A DNA stretch of 64,000 nucleotides. It comes from an uncultured bacterium (GTDB lineage: Bacteria > Krumholzibacteriota > Krumholzibacteriia > WVZY01). Below are positions 29,826 to 39,713 of the stretch, piece by piece. The notes under the pieces are model-generated. The model ran no database searches. It was not told the origin of the DNA and worked only from the letters and a program-made list of their open reading frames with translations. The DNA is taken from assembly GCA_964464035.1 (NCBI GenBank), contig CAYXEN010000007.1, forward strand, positions 868-64,867, in the 5' to 3' direction. The position numbers and the translations under genes are program-made. Every line of letters starts with the position of its first letter. Position 1 is the stretch's first letter.

Positions 29826-32129
29826 GTGAGAACCCCAAGATTGCTTCTACTGATTACGTCGCTCGCCTTCACGATCTCGATCGCGTCGCCGGCCCGGCCG
29901 GCCGGTTCTTCGTATCTCGTCAGGATACCCTACAAGGCGCCGGCCCAGGTCCGGATGCTCGAGGAGAACGGCATCCGCGTCCTTCACGTATCCCCCCGCG
30001 GCTACATCGACGCCGCGGCCCGCGAGCAGGATCTCACTTTTCTCTTCTCACTCGGTTACGGCATCTCGGTCATTGCTTCTTCGGACATGTCGCTCGCTTC
30101 TCCCACCCTGGGCCCGAACCTCGGCCTCTACCACACTTATGCCGAAATGGAGAGCACCCTCACGGCTCTGGAATCTGCCCATCCCGGCCTGGCCAAGGTC
30201 GAAGTACTCGGCACGAGCCACGAGGGGCGCTTCGTTTACGGGCTCAAGATCTCGGACAACGTGTCCGTAGACGAGGGCGAGCCCGAGGTGTTGATCGTCG
30301 GGAACCATCACGCCAGGGAGCTCATGTCCCTCGAGATTCCGCTGAAACTCGCCCAGTACCTTCTCGCCAACTACGGCTCCGATTCCACCGTGACCTACCT
30401 GGTCGACAACCGCGAGATATTCATCGTTCCAAGCGCCAATCCCGACGGGCACGCCTACGTGGAAGCCAACCACTCGGGGGCCTGGTGGTCCTGGTGGCGC
30501 AAGAACCGGAGGGACAACGGTGATGGGACCTACGGCGTGGACCTGAACCGGAATTACGGCTACAACTGGGGGTACGACAACTTCGGATCTTCTCCATATA
30601 CTTCATCGGAAGTCTACCGCGGTCCCAGCGCGTTCTCCGAGCCCGAAACCCAGGCGATACGCGATCTGGCCCAAAACCATTCCTTCAAACTGGCTTTGTC
30701 GTACCACAGCTACGGGGAGTTGCTGCTCTACCCCTGGGGCTATGCCTTCGCATATACTCCCGACCATGCGCTCTTCCTCGCCCTGGCCGACTCGCTCACT
30801 TCCACGAACGGTTACTATCCCGGCAATCCCGCGATGGGTGCGATATACATAACCAACGGTGACACCGACGACTGGGCCTACGGTGACGACGTGAACAAGA
30901 ACTCGTTCCCGAGCTTCACGGTGGAGGTCAATTCGGATGCGGAAGGCGGTTTCGCCCCTCCCGACACCCTGATCGATCCGACTTTCAACCTGTTGTTGCC
31001 CATGAACATGCAGCTCATCGACCTGGCCGGCGACCCGACCCGCGTCCTGGGACCGCAAAGACCAGTCATGTATCCCGCAAGCGGTTCTTCTTACGGGGTG
31101 TACGTGCTGAGCTGGAGTCCCAGCCCCCCGTCCGATTCCAACCCCGCCGTGAGCTACGATCTGGTCGAGATAAGGAACCTCGGCGCGGCGGTCGATCACG
31201 CAGACACGCTGTCCGACTCGTGGTCCTTTGCCGGCTTCACCTCGGGAACGAGGGCCTACGAGGGCCAAGCGAGCTATTATTCGGGATCGGGGAACAATCT
31301 GTCCAACACGATGACCACCGCTCTCTTCATACCCGTCACCACTTCCACCGACACCCTTACATGCGAAGTGTGGTACGACATCGAATCGAACTACGATTAC
31401 GCCTACCTCGAGTGCAGTACCGACGGGGGGATCACGTGGGAGACGGTGCCCGGGAACATCACCACCAACTTCGATCCCTACGGTTCCAATCACGGAAACG
31501 GGATAACCGGGAGCAGCGGGGGATGGGTTCAGGCTTCATTCCCGCTCGATGCCTATCTTGGGCAGGACGTGCTGCTTCGATTCCACTACGTAACGGACGG
31601 CGCCGTATCGAATGAAGGCTTTTACGTCGATCTCATCGATCCCGTTCCGGTTTACGATACACTGGCGACGGTGGCGGCCGGTCTTGCCGATACGACTTTC
31701 GCCGTCATTCCCGATCAAGTCGGCACTTTCACTTACCGTGTGCGAGGCCGGGACGCCGAAGGCCAGCTCAGCACCTGGAGCATATCGCAATCCTTTACGG
31801 TGGACCAGTTGACGTCGGTGGCGACGCAGCCTGCGATGGCCAGCTGGCTCGGATCCAACTATCCCAATCCTTTCAATCCCGAGACCATGATCCCCTTCCG
31901 CGTGGGCGGCGCCGCGGGAGCCCGCGTGCACGTGCGCCTGGCTGTCTACACGCCCACCGGGCGGCTCGTGAAGATCCTCGAGAATCGATCGCTGGAGCCG
32001 GGATTGTATCGCTCTTCATGGGACGGAACCGACGAGTCGGGAAGAACCGCGGCAAGCGGCATCTACATTGCACGCCTAATCGTCGACGGCCGAAAGCAGT
32101 TCACGAGGAAACTCGTTCTCCTCAAGTAG
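29826..32129 (+). CDS. secreted M14-family zinc carboxypeptidase with C-terminal T9SS-type sorting domain
   Basis: GTG start with SD GGAGG and a signal peptide. M14 HxxE motif (GNHHARE) with downstream zinc-His context. The C-terminus SGIYIARLIVDGRKQFTRKLVLLK resembles Por_Secre_tail. Confidence 0.8.
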   Translation: MRTPRLLLLITSLAFTISIASPARPAGSSYLVRIPYKAPAQVRMLEENGIRVLHVSPRGYIDAAAREQDLTFLFSLGYGISVIASSDMSLASPTLGPNLGLYHTYAEMESTLTALESAHPGLAKVEVLGTSHEGRFVYGLKISDNVSVDEGEPEVLIVGNHHARELMSLEIPLKLAQYLLANYGSDSTVTYLVDNREIFIVPSANPDGHAYVEANHSGAWWSWWRKNRRDNGDGTYGVDLNRNYGYNWGYDNFGSSPYTSSEVYRGPSAFSEPETQAIRDLAQNHSFKLALSYHSYGELLLYPWGYAFAYTPDHALFLALADSLTSTNGYYPGNPAMGAIYITNGDTDDWAYGDDVNKNSFPSFTVEVNSDAEGGFAPPDTLIDPTFNLLLPMNMQLIDLAGDPTRVLGPQRPVMYPASGSSYGVYVLSWSPSPPSDSNPAVSYDLVEIRNLGAAVDHADTLSDSWSFAGFTSGTRAYEGQASYYSGSGNNLSNTMTTALFIPVTTSTDTLTCEVWYDIESNYDYAYLECSTDGGITWETVPGNITTNFDPYGSNHGNGITGSSGGWVQASFPLDAYLGQDVLLRFHYVTDGAVSNEGFYVDLIDPVPVYDTLATVAAGLADTTFAVIPDQVGTFTYRVRGRDAEGQLSTWSISQSFTVDQLTSVATQPAMASWLGSNYPNPFNPETMIPFRVGGAAGARVHVRLAVYTPTGRLVKILENRSLEPGLYRSSWDGTDESGRTAASGIYIARLIVDGRKQFTRKLVLLK

Positions 32130-32261
32130 CCTGCGCTCGTTCTCGGCACGAGGGCACGAGAATCCCCGAGGAGAGAATCACCAAAAAAACGCTTGCGCTC
32201 AGTGCGTGCCTGCCCGATTATTTGCCGAACCCGGCCTCCCGGGCTCTGGATGGGAAACGAC

Positions 32262-33647
32262 ATGAAGAAAACTCTGCTCTTTGCAATCCTTCTATCCGCC
32301 TTTCTTCTCTACCTGGGAAGAAACGAGTTGCTCGTGTCTTCGGGGCGGCGGGCTCCGAGCGCAGCCGCTACCGAAAAGAGCGCTCTCCTGCACCCGCCAT
32401 CCGGGCTCGACCGCGTACGCTCCGAGGCGGGAAGCCGCGGCATATTGCCGATCGAAGTCGACTCCATCATCGATATTCCCTCTCCCTCCCGGAGCATGAT
32501 CCTCCGCAAGGGAACCATCGGCAGGCGAAGCTCCTTTTTCGAGGAAATGCGGCGCTCCGGCGTGTCCCCCGCCGAAATCGAAAGGATCGTCCGCGCCACC
32601 CGCGGGACTTTCAACCTGAGGAAGGTCAGGCCCGGCCAGGAATATACCGTGTATTCATCATCGCCGGGATTCGTGGACAGCATCTATTACCGCATGGATC
32701 ACGAGAAATTCCTGCGCATAAAGAAGGTGGACGGGAGATTCACCGCAGTCGTGGACACGGTCGCCTACAGGATCATCTACAAGCTCACCCACGGCACGAT
32801 AAGGCAATCCCTCTTCGCCTCTCTTCAAAAGGAAGGGGCGGAGACCGAGCTCGCCGGCTCGCTGGCGCTCATCTTCGGTTGGGTCATAGACTTCTTCAAG
32901 GACATCCGAAGCGGCGACACGTATACGATATTGTACGAAAAGAAAGAATACGAAGACGGCTACTCGACCCTGGGGAGAATCATAGCCGCGAGAGTCGTCA
33001 CCAGGGGCAAGCCCTATTATGCGTTCCGTTTCAAGACCGGCAAGGGAAAGACCGGATATTACGATCTGGAAGGAAAGTCCCTGCAAAAAACCTTGTTGAG
33101 AGCGCCGCTCAAGTTCACCCGGATAACGTCGAGCTTCAGGTCGAAGAGGCTCCATCCCGTCACTCATACCTATCGCCCGCACCTGGGCGTGGACTACGCC
33201 GCTCCCTACGGGACCCCCGTGCACGCCACGGGGGACGGCACCGTGATGACGGCGACGCGGAATCGCGCGAACGGCAAGTACATAAAAATCCGCCACAACC
33301 GCTCCTACATCACCTACTACCTCCATCTTTCACGTTTCGCCAAGGGAATAGCCCGGGGGAAGCGCGTCCGGCAAGGCCAGGTGATAGGCTACGTCGGATC
33401 CACGGGACTGGCCACCGGGCCGCATCTCGATTACCGGATAAAGGTCAACGGCCGGTTCGTCAATCCACGCACTATAAGACTGCCTTCCAAGAGCCCGGTT
33501 CCAAGATCGGATCTCGCTCTTTTCCGCAAGACCAGGGACGCGGCTCTCCGCAGGTTCCTCGAGATAAGAGACGTGAAGAACGGCGCCACCGTCGTGGTCG
33601 GGAAGCCGTTCTATCCGGGATCGATGAGGATGGAGATTCCGTTCTAG
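32262..33647 (+). CDS. M23-family (LytM-type) metallopeptidase with N-terminal signal/TM segment
   Basis: HLGVDYAAP…HATGDG…STGLATGPHLDY gives HxxxD and HxH zinc-ligand motifs. The start is chosen at MKKTLLFAIL. Confidence 0.8.
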   Translation: MKKTLLFAILLSAFLLYLGRNELLVSSGRRAPSAAATEKSALLHPPSGLDRVRSEAGSRGILPIEVDSIIDIPSPSRSMILRKGTIGRRSSFFEEMRRSGVSPAEIERIVRATRGTFNLRKVRPGQEYTVYSSSPGFVDSIYYRMDHEKFLRIKKVDGRFTAVVDTVAYRIIYKLTHGTIRQSLFASLQKEGAETELAGSLALIFGWVIDFFKDIRSGDTYTILYEKKEYEDGYSTLGRIIAARVVTRGKPYYAFRFKTGKGKTGYYDLEGKSLQKTLLRAPLKFTRITSSFRSKRLHPVTHTYRPHLGVDYAAPYGTPVHATGDGTVMTATRNRANGKYIKIRHNRSYITYYLHLSRFAKGIARGKRVRQGQVIGYVGSTGLATGPHLDYRIKVNGRFVNPRTIRLPSKSPVPRSDLALFRKTRDAALRRFLEIRDVKNGATVVVGKPFYPGSMRMEIPF

Positions 33648-33676
33648 CCTTGAGGATGGAGCGGGCGGGGGCGAAG

Positions 33677-34723
33677 TCACCTCACGATGACGGAAACGGA
33701 TTCGGGAGCAAGCACTTCACCTATCACGGCGGCTCGAGCGTAACTCTTCAGGAGCTCTTCGAGGAGTTCGTCGCACTTTTCCGGCGGAGAAGATATCAGC
33801 AGTCCGCCCGAAGTCTGTGGATCGAAGAAGGCGTGAATCAACTCCTCCTCGACGCCGCTCCCCACCCGCAACTTGTCTTCGAGGAACATGCGGTTCGTTC
33901 CACCGCCGCCGGTCAGCATGCCGCGGCGCACGTACTCCAGGCAACTTCGCATCAGCGGAACCCGGGCCGCGTCCAGTGCGAGGCTCACGCCGCTGGCTTC
34001 GGCCATTTCCAGCGCGTGCCCGAGCAAACCGTAGCCTGTTATATCCGTGCAGGCGTGCGCACCCGATGCGATCATCGCCCTGGCGGCGTCGCGGTTCAAC
34101 GAGCTCATCACCTCGATGAGTTCCTCGTACTCCGACGACTCGAGCTTCTCCGCTTTCAGCGCGGTGGTAAGGACCCCGGAACCGAGCGGTTTGGTAAGAA
34201 TGAGCTTGTCTCCGACCTTTGCCGAAGAGTTCATGACGATCTTGTCCGGGTGCACGAACCCGGTGACGGACAGCCCGTACTTCAATTCCTTGTCTCTGAC
34301 CGTGTGTCCGCCGACTATCGCAACGTTCGCCTGCTCCGCAGCTGCGGCGCCGCCGCGTAGTATTTCGACCAGGATCTCGTTCTCCAGATCACCCTCGGGG
34401 AAGGCCGCTATGTTGAGCGCGGTGACGGGCTCCGCCCCCATCGCGTAGATATCGCTCAACGCATTGGCGGCGGCCACCCGGCCGAAATCGAAGGGATCGT
34501 CCACCACGGGCGGAAAGAAATCGACCGTCTGCACGAGCGCCAGATCCGGGGCGATACGATACACTCCGGCGTCGTCGGCAAGCCCGTGACCTACGAGAAG
34601 ATCAGGGTCCGGCCGCGTCTCGATCTTGTCCAGTATGCCGCGCAGGCCCGCCGCGCTGAATTTCGAAGCTCACCCGGCGCAGGAAGCATACTGTGTCAGT
34701 CTTATTTTCTTTCCTTCGTTCAT
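33677..34723 (-). CDS. selD: selenide, water dikinase (selenophosphate synthetase) SelD, selenoprotein form with in-frame UGA at the Cys17-equivalent position
   Basis: The ORF track starts at GTG 34564. Extending the same frame upstream gives MNEGKKIRLTQYASCAG-TGA-ASKFSAAGLRGILDKIETRPDPDLLVGHGLADDAGVYRIAP…, which matches the E. coli SelD N-terminus (IRLTQYSHGAGCGCK…DPNLLVG…DDAAVY). The ATG at 34723 has SD GGAG. Confidence 0.8.
34670..34672 (-). other. in-frame TGA read as selenocysteine in selD; a GC-rich hairpin immediately downstream (about 34625..34660) is a candidate bacterial SECIS
   Basis: The frame is continuous across the TGA. The conserved SelD N-terminal motif spans the codon. Confidence 0.7.
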
Positions 34724-34910
34724 ATCTCTTACTCCGGCCCGAGCAATTAGATCTAAAGGCCGACATCCGATCCGCCGATTTAGATACATGCATCGGAGTA
34801 TACTTGCGGCGGCGGGAAAACCGTCCCGCCCGCGACTCGTTTCCTAGATTAAGCCAGAAGGGAGGGCCGGGCAAGCGAATTGTACGGCGGCCGAGGCCCT
34901 TCCGGGATTT

Positions 34911-35414
34911 ATGATGGCCGACAACCTCGTCGAACCCAAACTGGTCGTAGTCGGCCTCGGGGACATGAGAATCTCGTCGGATCCCGGGGTGAAGTTGATA
35001 ACCTACGCCCTCGGCTCCTGCATCGGTATATCCGCCTATGATCCCAGGATCATCCTCGGAGGGCTCCTCCACTATCAGCTTCCCAACCCGGCGAAACAGC
35101 AAAGGTTCGAGAAGCGGCCGTTCTTGTACGGTTGCTACGCCATACCGACCTTCTTCAGGCGGCTCATCCAAAAGGGCGCCTGCAAGAGAAGGCTCATAGT
35201 GAAAATCGCCGGCGGGGCGGACAAGTACGACCTCGAGGGTATTCTGCGGGTCGGTGAAAAAAACATCGAAATCGCCAGGAAACTGCTCGGCAAGAACAAC
35301 ATCGCCATAGCGGCATCCGACACCGGAGGAGAACACGGAAGAACGATGAGCCTGGCCATAGAGGCGGGTGTCACCGAAATCACGACGCCATCAGGAGAAA
35401 CCAGGATCTTGTAA
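34911..35414 (+). CDS. cheD: chemoreceptor glutamine deamidase CheD
   Basis: The conserved ALGSCIG catalytic Cys region and overall CheD length (167 aa). Confidence 0.85.
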   Translation: MMADNLVEPKLVVVGLGDMRISSDPGVKLITYALGSCIGISAYDPRIILGGLLHYQLPNPAKQQRFEKRPFLYGCYAIPTFFRRLIQKGACKRRLIVKIAGGADKYDLEGILRVGEKNIEIARKLLGKNNIAIAASDTGGEHGRTMSLAIEAGVTEITTPSGETRIL

Positions 35415-35425
35415 GGGACGACGGC

Positions 35426-36274
35426 ATGACGGAGACAAAGAGTCTTCACCTCACCGATTCGCAGTTCGAGCTTTTCAAGGAACTCGTAAAGCGCGAATGC
35501 GGCATCGAGCTCAAGGAATCCAAACGCGCCGTTTTCGTGCATCGCCTGACCAAGAGAATCCGGGAAAAAGGGCTGAGCTCCTTTGCCGAGTATTACGACT
35601 ACGTGATGAACCCGCTTGCCGGAAAAATCGAGATGGATTACCTCCTGGACGCCATAACGACGAACAAGACTTCCTTCTTCCGTGAAGAAGACCACTTCAT
35701 CTTCATGCAAAACGTCATCCTTCCCATCATGGAGCAAAGACGGCTTGCGAACCCCAACTTTTTCCTTAGGATTTGGTGCGCCGGGTGCTCCTCCGGTGAA
35801 GAGGCGTATTCCATCGCCATGACGTTGATCGAGTATTTCGGGCGCTTCCGGCCCAACGAGGGAAGGATCCTGGCCACGGACCTCTCGGAAAAGTCGATCG
35901 CCAAGGCCCTGAGCGGAACCTACAGGCGGAAAGACATCTCCGGGCTATCGAGTGTCAGGCGCAGGGCTTTCTTCGAAAGAATCGAGGAGAACGGAGAAGT
36001 CTATTACAGCGTGAGCAAGTACGTCAGAAACCTGATTGAGTTCCACCGTTTCAATCTTGTCGGCCGCGCGTACCCGTTCCGTCACAAGTTCGATATCATC
36101 TTTTGCAGGAACGTTCTCATGTTTCTCGACATCGAATCGAAAAAGAAGATCATACAGAGGTTCTACGACAATCTCAAAGTGGGCGGCTACTTCATAACGG
36201 GAATGGCGGAAAACTATTCCCGCCTGCATCCCGGCTTCACCCAGCTGAAGAACTCGATCTTCTTGAAAGAATAG
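35426..36274 (+). CDS. cheR: chemotaxis protein methyltransferase CheR
   Basis: CheR N-terminal all-alpha domain plus the SAM-methyltransferase motif IWCAGCSSGEEAYSIA. Confidence 0.85.
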   Translation: MTETKSLHLTDSQFELFKELVKRECGIELKESKRAVFVHRLTKRIREKGLSSFAEYYDYVMNPLAGKIEMDYLLDAITTNKTSFFREEDHFIFMQNVILPIMEQRRLANPNFFLRIWCAGCSSGEEAYSIAMTLIEYFGRFRPNEGRILATDLSEKSIAKALSGTYRRKDISGLSSVRRRAFFERIEENGEVYYSVSKYVRNLIEFHRFNLVGRAYPFRHKFDIIFCRNVLMFLDIESKKKIIQRFYDNLKVGGYFITGMAENYSRLHPGFTQLKNSIFLKE

Positions 36275-36300
36275 AGTTCTCTTCCGGGTGCGCTTGCCCG

Positions 36301-36549
36301 CTATTTCTTGACTATGAAATACCTGTAGACTCCCCCCTCCTCGACCCAGGATTTGATCTCGTTCCCCGTGCTCTTGCACCACGCAGGCATGTCGAACTCT
36401 ATCGCCGGATCGTCCGCGATGACTTCGAGAATGCGTCCCCGATCGAGCTTGCGCATGGCCTCGGAAGTCATGATTATGGGCGCGGGACAGAACAATCCCC
36501 TCGCGTCCACGACCAGATCCGGCTTGGCTTTGGATGATTCACCCTGCAT
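36301..36549 (-). CDS. TusA-like sulfurtransferase-fold protein (CPxP motif)
   Basis: An 82-aa protein with LVVDARGLFCPAPII. The long ORF-track N-terminal extension is Arg/Ser-rich junk. Confidence 0.7.
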   Translation of the reverse strand: MQGESSKAKPDLVVDARGLFCPAPIIMTSEAMRKLDRGRILEVIADDPAIEFDMPAWCKSTGNEIKSWVEEGGVYRYFIVKK

Positions 36550-36599
36550 TTCGAGTCCTTCCCGGGAGTCGGTTCGCAGATGCGGTATTCCGCGGCGAA

Positions 36600-37037
36600 T
36601 CAGGAGTCCGCTCGATCGTCCAGATCGAGAAGGTTGAGACCGGTGACCTGATCCCGGCTCCGCTCGAGCACGCCGGGAAGCACCCTGACGCACACTTCGA
36701 GGGTTACGCTGACCGTGGCCTCGAACAGGTGCCCCGCCTTGGCGTCGTGACGCCCGTCGGCGAGAACCGCGTGGAGGTGCAGCAAGGCTTTTCCCTCGAA
36801 CCGGGAAATCGTTCCGCTCAGCGAGGCCACTTCGAAGCTTCCGTCCAGGCGCTCCTTGTGGTACTCCTTCGAGTCGGGATCGAAATAGCCGAGCGTCGCG
36901 TCCCTGACGGCGCCGATGCCCGATATCATTCCCGCCTCTATATTCCTGCTTTCAACGAATTCGGTCAATTCGCCCACGACTTCTTCGCCTATCTCGAGTT
37001 TCAGAACGAAATCTTCCCCCAACCTCGTGTATTGCAT
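36600..37037 (-). CDS. PPC (DUF296) domain protein
   Basis: An internal start with SD GGAGGA gives a 145-aa protein. The upstream part of the ORF-track entry is low-complexity. Confidence 0.5.
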   Translation of the reverse strand: MQYTRLGEDFVLKLEIGEEVVGELTEFVESRNIEAGMISGIGAVRDATLGYFDPDSKEYHKERLDGSFEVASLSGTISRFEGKALLHLHAVLADGRHDAKAGHLFEATVSVTLEVCVRVLPGVLERSRDQVTGLNLLDLDDRADS

Positions 37038-37096
37038 GAATCCTCCTTTCCTTGTCCTCACCTGCGCGGCGGGGCTCCCGGCACCCCGGCACGACG

Positions 37097-39685
37097 TCAT
37101 TCGGCGCGAGGTCCTGCCACGGCGATCACGTGATCGTCTATCGGGAGGTACTTCGCGGCCGCCGCCCGCACTTGCTCGACTGTCACGCTCTTCACGGATC
37201 GTATGAAATCGTCGTCGAAAGCATACCCGAATCCCCTGTGCTCGTTGAGCCCCATGTAATAGGCCTGGTTCATGCGCGAAAGCCTGCGCATCAGCATTCT
37301 TCCCCTGAAGCCGTTCTTGTAGGACTCCACGTCGCCGGCGCTCGCTTTTTCCCTCACTTCCTTCATTATTTCGACGAGCCCTTTCTCGGCCTCGCTTCTT
37401 TTTTCCGGGGAAGTGCCGATGTAGACACTCATCCTGGCGTAGTCTTTCCCGAAATACACGGACGATCCCACGCTGTAGGCCAGCCCCCTCCGCTCCCGGA
37501 GAACTTCCCCCAATCTCCGTGACAGAACGCCGTTCAACACGGTTACTGCCGCCGCGTCCCGAGGGGAAACGGGCGGAAGGACGTTCCCCAGGAAAATCGA
37601 GGTCTGGGAGGCTTCGACGTCGACGCTCGCCCTCACGACCCCCTTGACGGGGATCGGCGTGGAATACGTGCACGGCGATTCGTCTCGCGGCGAGCCGGAG
37701 AAGAACTCGTCGATTCTCTTGCGGAGGCTCTTGGGATCCACGTTACTCGCAACCGTCAGGATCATGTTTGCCGGCGTGAAGTACCTGGCATGGAATCTCT
37801 TCACGTCGTCCAGTGTTATCGCGTCCAAGGTCCCCTCGTCCCCGAGGACACCGTTTTGGAAAGGATGCCCCTTGAAAAGGTTCGCGAAGAACAACTTCTT
37901 CGCGGCTTGCATCGGCTTGCGTGACTCGCTCGCCAGGACCGCTTTCATCTCGGACTTGGCCTCGGCGAGAGTCTTCTCTTGCAAGGCCGGATGCAGAATG
38001 ATCTCACTCAAGAGCTCCAGCCCCCTGGCATAGTACTTGTCGATGGTCTGGAAGCGGATGAAGGAGTAATCCTCCTTCGTGCGGTAATCGTCATAAGGAA
38101 TGTACGGGTTGTCAGTACAAACCACTTCGGCGCCGATCCGGTCGAGTTCCTTCTCGAGAGTCTTCTCGTCCATGCCCTCGGTCCCCTTCATGATCATCCT
38201 TGAGAGCAATTCCGTTATTCCATGCTTGCCAGGCGGCTCGCACGCCAGGCGGTTATCGAAAAGAACGTGGACGGCGAACACCCTCGAATCCTCGTTGTAT
38301 TTCGTGATCACGCGCAACCCGTTCTCGGTAGTCCAATCCTCGTATCGCGAACCGGTCTTCTCCTTTCCGCCGGAGTTCCGGCGCTCGGACGGCACCACCG
38401 CCGCCACCGCATACCGGGGTTCCCCGAGATACCGCTTCGCTACTCTTTCGACGTCCCTCGCACCGACCCTCTCGAGGTTCCCGAGCTTGCCGGCCAGGAA
38501 ATCACGCCCGCCCAAAGCCAGTTCGTCGGCCTTGAACATGCCGTAATAATGATACTTCTCCTCGTTGTAGATCTCGTTCGTCACGAGCGATATCTTGACT
38601 CCCTCGAGAAGGTCCCGGTCACACTTCCGGGACGCGGTTTCCTCGAGGGCTTTCACAGCTCGTTCCACCAGCCTGTCGACGTCATGGGACGACGCCGTCA
38701 ATTGCACCAAGGCCCGCGAGAAGCCGCGATGATGTTCGTAGTCGACCCGGCATGAAACGACACCCAGATCCGGCTCCTCCTTCAAGCTCCGGTTGAGGAC
38801 GGACCCCGAGCGGTTCATCATTTCGCAAAGCACCTGGAAAGCATAGAAATCGTCGGACAGCATCGCAGGCGCGTCGAAGGCGATATCGACGTACGTGTAA
38901 TCCCCTTCGGCGGCGCGGACGTGCACGGCCCCTCCCGGGTTGGGCGGTGCGGGTGGATTCCCGGGAGCGGGGACTCCCGGGGAAGACTTTCCGAAGCAGT
39001 CCTCCAGGACTCTCTTGATCCCGTTCCCGTCGAAATCGCCTACGATTATCGCCCGCATGTTGGACGGCGTGTAGTACCTGCGATAGTAATCGAGTATCCT
39101 CTCGCGCGGAATTGTCTCTATGACGTTCTTCTCACCCAGCACGCTCATCGCGTACGGAGTGCCGGCGTAGAAGACTCCGTCCATGAACTTGCCCCTCAGG
39201 TATTCGGGCGTCGAGGTATCCTTGTTGATCTCCTCGGTCACGACCTTTCTCTCCTTGGCCACCTCTTCGTCGGGCAGGATCGAGTGCAAGAGCATGTCGG
39301 CCTGGATCTCGCATGCCTTTTCGTACTCGTCCGACGGGACCAGGAACACGAAGGCGGTGTAGTCCTTGCGCGTGAAGGCGTTGAAATAGCCTCCGATGGA
39401 GCGCATCTCTTCGGTGAGTTTCTCACGCGACCTGGAGGCTGTTCCGTCGAAGAGAAGATGTTCGAGCATGTGCGAGACCCCGTTCACGTCCGGGGTCTCC
39501 AACCAGCTCCCCGCCGCTATGGTGATCACCCCGGCCACCATGGGGCTGGAATGGCTTTCGCCCAGGAGCACCTGCATCCCGTTCGAGAGCGTGTAATTCT
39601 CGAAGCTCATGGCGAGGCCGACGCATGGAAATGAAAAAGCGGCCGCCAGCCACGCCAGAACCGTCACTTTCATGAATGCTCGCAC
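37097..39685 (-). CDS. secreted M16-family (pitrilysin/insulinase-like) zinc peptidase, tandem active plus inactive modules
   Basis: Signal peptide followed by the inverted zinc motif HMLEH with a downstream Glu. The second half has the M16 fold without HxxEH. Length is 862 aa. Confidence 0.8.
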   Translation of the reverse strand: MRAFMKVTVLAWLAAAFSFPCVGLAMSFENYTLSNGMQVLLGESHSSPMVAGVITIAAGSWLETPDVNGVSHMLEHLLFDGTASRSREKLTEEMRSIGGYFNAFTRKDYTAFVFLVPSDEYEKACEIQADMLLHSILPDEEVAKERKVVTEEINKDTSTPEYLRGKFMDGVFYAGTPYAMSVLGEKNVIETIPRERILDYYRRYYTPSNMRAIIVGDFDGNGIKRVLEDCFGKSSPGVPAPGNPPAPPNPGGAVHVRAAEGDYTYVDIAFDAPAMLSDDFYAFQVLCEMMNRSGSVLNRSLKEEPDLGVVSCRVDYEHHRGFSRALVQLTASSHDVDRLVERAVKALEETASRKCDRDLLEGVKISLVTNEIYNEEKYHYYGMFKADELALGGRDFLAGKLGNLERVGARDVERVAKRYLGEPRYAVAAVVPSERRNSGGKEKTGSRYEDWTTENGLRVITKYNEDSRVFAVHVLFDNRLACEPPGKHGITELLSRMIMKGTEGMDEKTLEKELDRIGAEVVCTDNPYIPYDDYRTKEDYSFIRFQTIDKYYARGLELLSEIILHPALQEKTLAEAKSEMKAVLASESRKPMQAAKKLFFANLFKGHPFQNGVLGDEGTLDAITLDDVKRFHARYFTPANMILTVASNVDPKSLRKRIDEFFSGSPRDESPCTYSTPIPVKGVVRASVDVEASQTSIFLGNVLPPVSPRDAAAVTVLNGVLSRRLGEVLRERRGLAYSVGSSVYFGKDYARMSVYIGTSPEKRSEAEKGLVEIMKEVREKASAGDVESYKNGFRGRMLMRRLSRMNQAYYMGLNEHRGFGYAFDDDFIRSVKSVTVEQVRAAAAKYLPIDDHVIAVAGPRAE

Positions 39686-39713
39686 TTCTCCCTCCTTTAT
39701 CAGTTCCCGTTTT

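Noticed and set aside
32018-34360. Very long ORFs in the track, such as the 780-aa ORF at 32018..34360 (+). Others in the same class are 782..2239 (-), 16091..17293 (+), 24217..25554 (+), 40808..43231 (+) and 53457..54968 (+).
   Set aside because: They lie antisense to, or out of frame with, genes that have strong family signatures. Their products are Arg/Pro/Gly-rich low-complexity sequences typical of shadow ORFs in high-GC DNA, and none shows a recognisable motif.
36275-36300. Intrinsic terminator between cheR and the TusA-like gene
   Set aside because: The palindrome is imperfect (CGGGTGCG vs CTTGCCCG) and no U/A tract follows on either strand.
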